DNA of 63,253 nucleotides, counting the filler, from Octopus bimaculoides (lineage: Eukaryota), in assembly GCF_001194135.2 (NCBI RefSeq). It is 5 parts of 3 records of this genome, joined end to end, with 100 filler letters (N's around TTAATTAATTAA, not from the genome) between each part and the next. Parts side by side here need not be neighbours in the genome. Positions count along the whole stretch, not along the records: positions 1 to 15,155 come from NC_068983.1; positions 15,256 to 24,522 come from NC_068981.1; 3 more parts are not named here. One strand, 5' to 3'. The notes under the pieces were generated by a model that did not search any database, was not told the origin of the DNA, and was given only the letters and a program-made list of their open reading frames with translations. Below, one piece after another: positions 12,250-22,810 of this stretch. Numbering within the stretch: position 1 is the first letter of the stretch; every line of letters starts with the position of its first letter. Position numbers and translations under genes: made by a program.

Positions 12250-13620
12250 CGGAGTATATTGTTATGAGCTACTAATAGTTTCCTGCTTTGAAGATATTAC
12301 CTAGGTAGGTTTTAAAACACGCTTACTGTCTTCAAGTAATTTTCTGGCTTTGATCATATGGCTTATACAAGTTACAAATCAGGGCAATAGAAGAAATCAC
12401 GAGAAAAAAGATATGATGGAGGGTGGGTCAAAAGTGGATGAGTGTAAAAAACGAAAAAAGAAAGGAAAAAAGAAGAATTAGAGTTATGTCCCCTTTGACT
12501 GTGGGACCATAACGCTGGATGGTATAGAACCAACGGAAGGAGTTTGTAATACAGCTGCTCAATCCGAAAAGTGCGGTGTTCCCCAATTCGCCAAAAGAAA
12601 CTTTTCCATATGTTTGCATTAGCTGAAAATTTCTGATCATGAATTCAGCAGTGCAGTAGAATTCTTACATATAAAAAGTGTGTGCGATCTTTCATCTACG
12701 CATAGCTTACATTTTTTTATCCATTAACATATAGCTAAGGCTTTGCTACGATTTTCTATTCGATTGTATGTAGTGTGGAGTTGGTCTTCAAACACCAAAT
12801 GTAGCTAGCCAATTTAGTGGCTTTTTTGCGTGTGTGAAAGAAGATAGGTGGCTAGTATAGCGTCTTTTGCAGTCGCTTTGGCATAACACAATGTAATGCT
12901 TTTGTTCAGTTAGGTTACCATGTAGCGTTGCTGTAACTTCTCCGTCATATATGACGGAGTTTATCATGCAGCCCTTGTCGAATAGACAAACTCGAAGATC
13001 TCGACAGTTACAACTGGGAGTAAGCTGCTCTTGATAGTGTTTACGGGTAATGATGATTTTCATACTGAGGCACAGCTGCATAATAACTTAACTGAGCGTC
13101 TTTTAAAGATATTTCTGTATTTGCGATTTTCTGGGAAATGTTTATCGAAAAGAGACAAGAATTGTTTACTTGCTTTAGTTGTGTTATGTGACGAACCAAA
13201 TTATTTTGCTAGGCCTATTTCTATTATTTGTATTACTAGTCGAGGGGTTGTAATATAACTAATTTTGGAAGTCATTACTAGCCAGGGCATTGTTATAGTA
13301 GGGCGCTGCTTTATCAAAAACTTCTTTAGAAGAAAAGAGATTGGATATCCTATTAGCGATGTTAGCTATCAGGTTTTTAAGCACTATAACGGGTGGTAGC
13401 AGCATTGTTTGTGTATGTAAAATGTTTTTCGGTGAGCCTGTGGTAGGTTTACAAAGGGGAGCGTTTAGATCTAGAAATACATCGAAAATATCGACTTTTG
13501 ACGGAGCATAGCCACAGTAATTTTGAGGCCTAATTGACTTAAGGTAGTGATGAAGAGTTTCTTAAATTTATCAAGTGTATGACCGTCACGGCCATGGAAA
13601 ATTTCCTATCCGTTTAGACT
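12250..13620 (-). mobile_element. Decayed Penelope-like element: RT thumb, linker, GIY-YIG endonuclease and 3' terminal segment
   Basis: LDKFKKLFITTLSQLGLKIT...VDIFDVFLDLN; CNCRDLRVCLFDKGCMINSVIY...KHYIVLCQSDCKRRYTSHLSSF; KIVAKA...KKCKLCVDE. Confidence 0.85.
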
Positions 13621-13900
13621 CCTTCCGTTGAATCTACACCATCTAACCTTATGACTCTACGGTCAAAGGGGACATAACTCTAATTCTTCTTTTCTTTTTT
13701 CCGTTTTTTACACCCTTCCACATTTTGAACCTACTTTCATCTCGTCTTTTCTCGTGATCTCTTCTATTGTCCTGGTTTGTAACTTGTGTAGACTAAGTGC
13801 TTAGAGCCTCAAAATTACTTGGCGACGCTATATCTGTTTCAAAACTTGCCAAGATAATATCTTCAATGTTTGAAACTCTTTGTAGCTCTTATACTGTACA
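13620..13900 (+). repeat. Inverted copy of the same element's 3' terminal segment (pseudo-LTR-like)
   Basis: Aligns to the reverse complement of ~12250-12550, e.g. gtcaaaggggacataactctaattcttct is identical in both. Confidence 0.8.
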
Positions 13901-13963
13901 AGTTAAACAATATATATCTCTCAGCGGGTAGTGTACTTTTTTGTTGATCTTACCTTAACGCAA

Positions 13964-14009
<46 letters not shown>

Positions 14010-14441
14010 NNNNNNNNNNNNNNNNNNNNNNNNNNNNNNNNNNNNNNNNNNNNNNNNNNNNNNNNNNNNNNNNNNNNNNNNNNNNNNNNNNNNNNNNNNN
14101 NNNNNNNNNNNNNNNNNNNNNNNNNNNNNNNNNNNNNNNNNNNNNNNNNNNNNNNNNNNNNNNNNNNNNNNNNNNNNNNNNNNNNNNNNNNNNNNNNNNN
14201 NNNNNNNNNNNNNNNNNNNNNNNNNNNNNNNNNNNNNNNNNNNNNNNNNNNNNNNNNNNNNNNNNNNNNNNNNNNNNNNNNNNNNNNNNNNNNNNNNNNN
14301 NNNNNNNNNNNNNNNNNNNNNNNNNNNNNNNNNNNNNNNNNNNNNNNNNNNNNNNNNNNNNNNNNNNNNNNNNNNNNNNNNNNNNNNNNNNNNNNNNNNN
14401 NNNNNNNNNNNNNNNNNNNNNNNNNNNNNNNNNNNNNNNNN

Positions 14442-14473
<32 letters not shown>

Positions 14474-14496
14474 CTAGTTTCACTAGTGCCTCTGAC

Positions 14497-14784
14497 AACC
14501 TAACTTATGTAATAACCTGCTCGGGTTGCGGACACAACTATATTGGACAGACGAGTAATTCCTTGAGAAGGAGAACCACTCTACATAAGGAGCAAATCCG
14601 TTTCCTGCAATACAGGCACATTCCTCTCAGTGAACATATAGAAAAATGTGCAGATAACATCAAACCAAAATTCACAGTCTTCCTCTTCTACCAGTGCAAA
14701 GACACAATCTCTCCGCAAGAACGTTTAAATAAAGAAACTTTTTCCATTGAAAAATACAGAACACGTCTTAATATGCACGCATAA
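14497..14784 (+). mobile_element. GIY-YIG endonuclease C-terminus of a second PLE lineage (Neptune-like CxxC type)
   Basis: In-frame NLTYVITCSGCGHNYIGQTSNSLRRRTTLHKEQIR...IPLSEHIEKC...RLN...*; the upstream part is lost in the N gap. Confidence 0.8.
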
Positions 14785-15155
14785 CTAACTTTTATCTGTT
14801 TACATATTTCAATTCACGATACATCACTGTACATAAATGCCCTCACTAAACAAGTGTGTGTGTGTGTGTGTGTACATATATATTCCCCTCCCCTTACCGA
14901 AAGCTGAACAACAACAACAATAACGATAACCAATCACCTCCCCTTATCTTTCTACTTATGAAGTCATTCACTCGTAAATATCATCACACACAACATGGAC
15001 AAAAATTTCTTCCTATCAAAATACATATTGAAATAAGTAAACCATATCATGAATGGCGAAAGCGAAAGCGGTCGATATATCAAAAATTTTATTAAAACAA
15101 TATAATGTGTGTGTATTTTCCTTTTTTAATTTCTTATATATATATATATATATAT

Positions 15156-15255
15156 NNNNNNNNNNNNNNNNNNNNNNNNNNNNNNNNNNNNNNNNNNNNT
15201 TAATTAATTAANNNNNNNNNNNNNNNNNNNNNNNNNNNNNNNNNNNNNNNNNNNN
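15156..15255. other. Artificial assembly spacer: 44 N + TTAATTAATTAA + 44 N
   Basis: The same 100-bp construct occurs four times in the window; the 12-mer gives stops in all six frames. Confidence 0.95.
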
Positions 15256-15585
15256 CATTAAAGTGCTGGAATTAAATGCTACAAGAAATTTTGCCTGACA
15301 CTGAAATGACACTACTAATACAAACAATAATTTCTATTGACTAGAAACAAAAGAAATAATCAAAATGGAAATTAATCATTTAGATTTAATCTGTGTACAT
15401 TACTGGTAATTATTTTAGCAATCCTCAGAAATGTTAAATCCTGTACTGGACTCTGTAATATTTGAACTTAGAATACAAAAATGATAAATCTAAATACATC
15501 AAAGCAACTGAGCTGACCTTCTACCATTCCTGTCAAATGACTGTTTTTAATAACAATTCTTTTTCTGTACTAAGTATTAACTTAC

Positions 15586-15665
15586 TTCCAATCTCCGGAA
15601 TGTTGAGGGAATACCTTTCCTGACTGGGTACGAATTATTGTTCCATCTAAATCAAAACCAGCAAT
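15586..15665 (-). CDS. PNKP: PNKP exon: phosphatase (HAD) motif I
   Basis: ttccag|[26 protein letters not shown]+AA|gtaagt; 80 nt, phase 0 in, phase 2 out. Matches [24 protein letters not shown]...DW. Confidence 0.95.
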
Positions 15666-15899
15666 CTGGAATAACAAAACAGGATTAATCAATAAAACCA
15701 CCTTTTGTGTTAGTTAACAAGTCAAAGAATCAGATATAATATTATCAAATCCAAAGCAATGAAATATGTATATGTAATGGGGGTAAGTAAGACCAAATAG
15801 TTAAGAAGTTCACTTCTCCATCATGAGGTCCTGAGTTCAACCTCACAGTGTGGCATCATAGGCCAAGAGTAATTTTCTCAGCCTTGGACCAACCGAAAC

Positions 15900-16215
15900 C
15901 TTAGGCAATAACAGAGGGATTCAAGACAGGCTGCCCCTGGGAGCTCCTCTATGCTGATGACCTTGCTCTAATAGCTGAGTCACTACCAAAACTAGAGAAG
16001 AAGTTTCAGGTGTGGAAGCACCTAGAATCTAGAATCTAGCATCTAGAATCGAAGGGCCTTAGAGTCAACCTAGCCAAAACCATAGTCTTAGTAAATAGGA
16101 AGGCAGACAAATCACAAATCCCTTCAGGTAGATGGCCCTGCTTGATCTGTAGAAAAGGCATAGGTAGAAACTCCATAAGATGTATCCAGTGCAAGCTAAT
16201 GACACAGAAGCAAAC
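15900..16215 (+). mobile_element. RTE-clade LINE RT fragment in a PNKP intron
   Basis: GFKTGCPWELLYADDLALIAESL...LESKGLRVNLAKT...SGRWPCLICRKGIG; interrupted by a small ctagaat duplication. Confidence 0.9.
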
Positions 16216-16675
16216 GTTAAACAACAATGATAAAGATAATAATGATGATGATGATAAAGGGTAAAGCTCCTTTCTGAGTCACATAGACTCATAAGGTCAG
16301 TTTCCCCAATTTCTGCAGGTGGGTGCAATCAAACCAACACCCAATTTCAATCACATGGTATGGATTGATCAGAGACTATAGTAACAGGTACAAACCCAAA
16401 AAATCATTCATTTTCAGCCACACTGAACTAAATATTACATTAATACTAGCCTAACAGACATTTTATGACAAGAGCACTTGGTACATGTTCTAAGAGAGAC
16501 AGCTTTCCATTCAGGCTATACCATCATGAATTGTTAAGTATGCAGATATCCCCTGCTTCCTCCGCAACAAAATTTTACTCCCAATTAACCCCTAAGTCAT
16601 TTATATTAATGGTGGATATAACCTAAAGAACAATTGCAAGTAATGTAAACATCTTCCTCTGGTGATTCAACTTAC

Positions 16676-16849
16676 CTTATTTCGGCTGTAAGTTCCTCTT
16701 TTTGTAAATATCATTAACTGACTGAATTGGCTCCACTTGGATGCTGGACAAGGAGGGACGGTTTTTGTCTTATCAGAAGACTCTGAATTTGCTGGGAGAG
16801 ATTCAGATTCATGTTTGTTTTTTTCAGGTTTGTTCTGCACACTTGACAC
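16676..16849 (-). CDS. PNKP: PNKP exon: end of linker and start of phosphatase domain
   Basis: tttgaag|VSSVQNKPEK...PPCPASKWSQFSQLMIFTKRGTYSRNK|gtaagt; 174 nt, phase 0/0. The W..L.IFT..G...K pattern is as in PNKP. The exact acceptor is less certain. Confidence 0.85.
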
Positions 16850-16879
16850 CTTCAAAGTAAATTCATGTACATACATAAA

Positions 16880-17080
16880 ATAATTAGCATCTAAATCGAC
16901 CATATCCAACCCAAATATTCTACTTGTCTTATGTTCAAACTAGCCAGATTTGGCTTCTCACACCTACTCTACAATGTCATTGTAAAACTAAATAATCTCA
17001 TAATCATAATCTTGAAGCTTCAAGATAATGCATGATTAATTCAAAACGATGTGAATGAATCTGAATGCTAAAGGGTTTTT
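16880..17080. mobile_element. Short MITE-like repeat with piggyBac-like ends
   Basis: The left end ttagcatctaaat and the right end atctgaatgctaaagggtt are imperfect inverted termini. Confidence 0.5.
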
Positions 17081-17612
17081 ACAGATATTTATTAATGTTT
17101 ATGTAAATTATGTACTGGTTTTTTGAAATGATTAACTCCTTTACATTCAAGTATATTTTGTGTACAGCAGCAGTATTCTAACATGGGCCTCACTTGAGGT
17201 TAATAAATAGATCATCAGCAACAGTTCACAAGTAAAACATTTTCTGTCTTTAAAGAGGGAGACTAGTCTTTGAAAAACAGTGCTTTGTTATAAATGTGAG
17301 TTCACCAGAAAGATCATCAATGAGTGTATACTCATTAGTTGCATCTTTGAAAGTTTTAACTTCTAATGTTGCTCATGACAAGGGAAAGTAAGTGAAAGAT
17401 TATTTCCTGAGTATGAACATTGATTGTATCTTCATGTAGTTGAAAGAGACAAGAATATCATGTCTTGTCTCCTTCAACTAAATGAAATGACAAGATTTTA
17501 GAAAATTAATCAAAGAACAATGCATGAGAAAATGATACTGAAAAGAAAACAACAAAAAAATATTTAATAAATAGGAAAAAATGTTTCAATAAGATTTAAA
17601 ACATAGAAATAC

Positions 17613-18010
17613 CTCATTAACTTGGATTTTACGTTTTACTTTATCACTTCTGTGCTTATTTTCTAGATCTTTTGACTTTGTAGATTTTACTTTTGTGGGA
17701 ATACTTTCTTTGTCCTTACTGCTGTGGATTTCTTTGTGATGTTTAGGTTTTTTTGCTGGTACTGAAGATTTCTCATTGTCAGTATCTGAATGCTGCCTTT
17801 TGCCTGAACATCCAGCTGTTACTTTATTAGTGTAGTGATGCTTAATTTTAACAATATGAGGATATTCACCAGTAAGAATATAAAGAGTTGCATTATTAGG
17901 CAATCGAGTGATTTCTCCTTTATTCAATTCTTTGTCATCAACTGCAGAATTATTGCTGCCTATCTGTTTTATTAGAACTTCTCCACTTTCCCAATCTGCA
18001 CAAATTTCCA
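17613..18010 (-). CDS. PNKP: PNKP exon: C-terminal part of the FHA domain plus Lys-rich linker
   Basis: ttttccag|(V)EICADWESGEVLIKQIGSNNSAVDDKELNKGEITRLPNNATLYILTGEYPHIVKI...VNE|gtattt; 398 nt, phase 1 in, phase 0 out. FHA of the PNKP/aprataxin family, spliced in frame to the two exons downstream. Confidence 0.9.
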
Positions 18011-18389
18011 CTGGAAAATAAAAAGGACAAATACTATAAAATTGGTGTTAGGTATAGATTTATATAACGATTAAAATTAGCGTAACTGTTACCTTGTTTT
18101 TAAAGAAATATTTTGCAAGTAAATGTTTGCAACTGTTTAAACATTTTGCATCAGTTTTCTACAAGTTCACCAAGAATTAATATATTATGATGTAACTTTG
18201 TATAGGGTACCAAGAATTTTGATGCTTAGTGAGGGATTGTGAGGAAGAAAGATTCTTCACCCATAATAAATATCCTGCCCATACAATCAGGGAAAATGAT
18301 AATGTAAAATATCAAAAAGCCTTTTATTTTAGACTAGTTCAAACTATCCTCTTTCTGCTTACACTTCAAAAATAGCCTTACCCATTACA

Positions 18390-18900
18390 ATTTTATGAGT
18401 TATTTTCTTCTCTAATTTCATTCCTTCTTTGAATTGAGAGCCTTACTTGAGTTATAAATTCTTGTTCCTCCATAGGCTGAATTTCTTGCCACAATGTCCA
18501 AAATTCTAATTTCCTCTCTTATTTCTAGTGTCAAACTTTCTCTCAACACTTGGTGGGCCAATCTGTTTTCTTTTCTAATTTCATTCCTTCTTTGAACTGA
18601 GAGCCTTTCTCGTCTTCATCTTTGATACTCTCGATTTCTTGTTCTCTGAAATTCTCTCTCTTCTTCACTAATTTCATTTCGTTTTTGGCATTTTCTTGTT
18701 GAGGCATTTAAAATTTTCCTTATATCATTATTTATTACACTTAAATTATTAGTTGCATTATTTAAGTTTTGATCAGTAATGAAGGGGATATCATTATTAT
18801 GAGCTGTATTGATAACATCATAATATTGATAACATCATTTTCTGAAACAACGCTATTGTTAATTGAATTTGTATCGTTTGCTTCCATAGCAATCATTATA
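18390..18900 (-). mobile_element. Degenerate ORF with charged helical repeats, possibly a Helitron RepHel N-terminus
   Basis: KRNEISEEEREFQRTRNREYQR*RRERLSVQRRNEIRKENRLAHQVLRESL...; a 34-bp direct repeat at 18411-18444 and 18574-18607; stops and frameshifts. Confidence 0.4.
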
Positions 18901-19417
18901 TATACCATTTAAGTTATTATCACTACTGATAATGTGATTTTTTTCTGTAGTGACACTATTGTCAAATGAATCTATCGTCTACTCACAGGGATGATTTGCC
19001 TGCTATTTCTAGCACATCCAGCTTATTCAGATAGATTTGTCATGAAGAGAATGGTAACTGACAATGTAAACACTGGAGGGTTTAACAAAGAATTTAGAAA
19101 TGTACTTCACATAAATGTTGACTTTAGACGACTTATCTGGGAAAACTTTGGCGATTAATAGTTATCAAGTAAGAGTGAGATGATTCTAAAACATTGGCAT
19201 AGCTTTGAAAAGCTATTGTTGCTCACAATTCATAAAATAATACTTCAGTTATTTCCTGTTAATCTCGCTTTTAAATGATGTTTGTCAAATGTGTGTGTGT
19301 GTGTGTGTGCATGTGTGCGCGCGCAAGCACACATGCATGTGAGTGTATGAGAGAGAGAAAGGATAACACATACACATGTATATATTATACATGTATATAT
19401 ACGTGTGTGTGTGTGTA

Positions 19418-19459
<42 letters not shown>

Positions 19460-19460
<1 letters not shown>

Positions 19461-19722
19461 TGGCTCCTGTGCAGGTGGCACATAAAATACACCATTTTGA
19501 GCGTAGCCGTTGCCAGTACTGCCTGACTGGCCTTCGTGTTGGTGGCACGTAAAATCACCCACTACACTCTTGGAGTGGTTGACGTTAGGAAGGGCATCCA
19601 GCTGTAGAAACTCTGCCAAATCAGATTGGAGTCTGGTGTAGCCATCTGGTTCACCAGTCCTCAGTCAAATCGTCCAACCCATGCTAGCATGGAAAGCGGA
19701 CATTAAACAATGATGATGATGA
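19460..19722 (+). mobile_element. RTE LINE 3' UTR fragment ending in (GAT)n
   Basis: ggtggcacgtaaaa...gttaggaagggcatccagctgtagaaac...ccaacccatgctagcatgga...tgatgatgat; homologous to 23900-24100. Confidence 0.8.
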
Positions 19723-19739
19723 TATATACATGTTTACAG

Positions 19740-20200
19740 GTGATTTAAATGATTAGGTATGCTAGGTAAGTGCTGTAACGGATTACTAGGGCTCCAAGGT
19801 TATAGCCAAGACAGTAGTTATAGAGCCATTGCAGATTTCCGATATAGTGGATATATAATTGTTAAAGAGGACAACAGACGTTAAAGCAAGGCAGACATCT
19901 TAAGTCATATACATTATTATTATTGGAAAAAAATTCAAAGTTGAACTGTGAACTTTTATGCTTTTTCTCTTCTCTTTCTTCATCTCCTTATTCCTTTACT
20001 CCTGTTCACTATGTCGTCATTTCATTAATCTATATATATCCTTCTCATTTTTCTTATTTGTCTCCAATGACAGAATATCCCATCCTCTTGGATATCCCAG
20101 AAACAGCTGTAAGACTTTGAATTTTTTTCCAATAATAATAATGTAAATGCCTTAAGATGTTTGCCTTGCCTTAAATTTGTTGTCCTTTAAATAATATATA
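19740..20200. repeat. Head-to-head inverted pair of an unclassified repeat, with ~90-bp overlapping arms
   Basis: ~19852-19942 is the reverse complement of ~20112-20200 with scattered mismatches (cattattattattggaaaaaaattcaaagt is shared exactly). Confidence 0.85.
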
Positions 20201-20946
20201 TATGCATATATACATACATATATGTACATACTTACATATACATGTATATACATATGCATATATGGACGCATGATGTCATAAAACGTAAACAACATGAAAT
20301 ACGAAATCATGGAATACAAACTTATTTTGCAAACAATGACAAAAACAAATGGAAAACAAGACAAGTAACACAAAGAACGACCCTTCAACAGTTGGAGAGA
20401 GGGGGGAGGGGGGATAGATAGATAGATAGACAGAAAGATAGATATACATATAGATATCCTTCTTCACCCCACATAAACACACACATTTATATACACACGC
20501 ATACATACACTCCCTTCCAAGCCTTTAGTCCGGTCACCATGGTGACATGACCAAGTAAAAAGTTTATTGGAACACTAAAATCTTTGTAGGACTAGTTGAG
20601 GGAGGAGGAGGGTACACTAACTATTCCAGACTGACATGTACTGATAAACTGACGTCAATCTCACCAAATCAATTATATTAATGTAGATTATTTTTCTATT
20701 CTTGGAGTGCTTTTATTGCATTCAGTTTAATTTATCAGAGTGAACTTACATTGAAATTTTAAGTAAAAGTTCATCCCTTTTGCATCCAGAAAACAACAGA
20801 AAAGTATCAGAACATTATAAAAGTAACTGGATTCCTCACAACAGTCATTTCATTAGAGAAATTATTTCTTTAAACATGGATTTTATTTAACTAACTTTTA
20901 ATTTATGCTTTAAAAAAATTTCTTTGGACATGTGGAAGTTTATGAG

Positions 20947-21240
20947 GGTGCATGGCCTAGTGGTTAGGGTGATGCACTCATGATCTAGCAATCATGATTT
21001 CAATTCCTAGACCAGATGATGCATTGTGTTCTTGAGCAAAACACTTAATCTCGTGTTGCTCTGTGATCACTTTTACACCTGACACGTGGTACACCATGCA
21101 CCTATTCAAACAACATAGATTTGATGGAAAGAGTGAGCTAATGTATGGCACATACATTTGATCACTATAAACAAAGCATTTGTACAAGTCATTTATCAAA
21201 AGCTGAACGCTCATACATCATCTTCAATGGGAGAGTCCAT
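20947..21240 (+). mobile_element. tRNA-derived SINE with V-domain-like core, CpG-decayed
   Basis: A-box tggcctagtgg, decayed B-box, core tgtgttcttgagcaaaacactt. Confidence 0.75.
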
Positions 21241-21259
21241 AATGTATATATATAGTCAA

Positions 21260-22810
21260 GATATCTTTGACGACAATGTCCCCGGCTACAAGGCACTGAT
21301 TTAACAGGTCTTCGCAAGTGCAGTTATTTGCACAATGATTGAAGGGTACTCTTAAATGAGCCGGTTATGCTGCATTGGCATAGGCCATAGTTACGGTCTC
21401 AGCTGGCTTGCCAGGTCTTCTCAAGCCCAGCATATCTCCAAAGGTCTAGGTCACTTATCATTGCCTTGATGAGGCCTGCTTGATCCCAGGTCTTCCTGGG
21501 TCTACCTCTTCCACAGGTGCTCTCTACTGCTAGTGTGTGACACTTTTTCACACAGCTGTCCTCATCCATACACAACACATGACCATACCAGTGCAGTCGT
21601 CTCTCTTGTACACCACACGTGATGCTTCTTATGTCCAACTTTACTCTCAGGGTGCTTACAATCTGTTATGAGTGCACACTGACATTACACATCCAGCAGC
21701 ACATACTAGCTTCATTCCTTGCAAGCTTACGCATATCCTCAGTAGTCACAGCCTATGTTTCATTGCCATGTAGCATGGCTGTTCGCACACATGCGTCATA
21801 CACTCTACCTTTTACACTGAGCAAGAGGCCCTTTGTTACCAGCAGAGGAAGCAGCTCTCTGAACTTTGCCCAGGATATTCTTATTCTAGCAGCTACACTC
21901 TCAGAGCATCCAGATAAGGGATTGGAGGACCCTGTCAAAGGCTTTCTACATGTCAACGAAAGCAAGGTACAGAGGTTTGTCTTTTGCTAGGTACTTCATC
22001 TGCAGTTGTCTTACCAGAAATGCAAGTGAACCATCATCCATGCAGACACATTTCTCTCCTACGACATCATGATTCTCTCTCACACACTGTCTTGCAAGAC
22101 AAAATACTTCAAGTATATGGTCCTCACGGTGCAGAACATTGGCAAATTTTTTCTTATCTGCTTCCCCTCGGGAAGGTTTTTGGCATTTATAAGCAGCCCT
22201 CTTTCCCTTTTTCTGGTGAGGATGCAGTCAATTTGGCTAATGTGTCTGCCAGAATGGTGGGTGACTAGGTGACTGGCAGGTTTCCTGAAGTTAGTATTGC
22301 AAACCATAAGATCATTTGCATTGCAGAACTCCAGCAGTCTGGTTCCCTCCTCATTGCAGGAACCAAATCCATAGCCTCCATGTACACCATGGAAGCTCCC
22401 TGCATGTTGTCCAACATGCCCATTGATGTCACCAGCCACAAAGAGAAGGTCCATGTCATTCGTCAACGAGGTAGTCTGCAAGAGGGTGTCATAAAATCAG
22501 TCTTTCTGCCCATCAGGTAGTCCCGGTTGAGGAGCATAGGCTGAGATAATGGTTGCTAACCTATGATGAAGCACTAATCTAATCTTAAGTATTCTGTCGC
22601 ATACTCTGACTACCTCGATTACCTTATCAACCCATTTCTCCGCAAGAAGTATACCCATGCCCCCGACCCTGTCAGTGTTCCCTGCACAGAAAATCTTGTA
22701 CCTGTGTTCTTTGCCTGTGAAGAACCTAGCGGAACCTCCTCTCCACCTTACTTCTTGGACGCAGCACAAATCTACACGTCTCCGTTCAAGCATCTCAACA
22801 ATCTCACCAG
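21260..22810 (-). mobile_element. Internally deleted RTE LINE: endonuclease, RT scraps, C-terminus and 3' UTR
   Basis: GEIVEMLERRRVDLCCVQEVRWRG...SAYAPQ...AGDINGHVG...QIDCIL; then LVRQLQ.KYLAKDKPLYLAFVD..KAFDRV; then GCSESVAARIRISWAKFREL...RLHWYGHVL...GRPRKTW. Confidence 0.92.

Noticed and set aside
15200-15211. TTAATTAATTAA palindrome recurring four times
   Set aside because: It is always centred in 44N+12+44N, so it is an assembler spacer and not biology.
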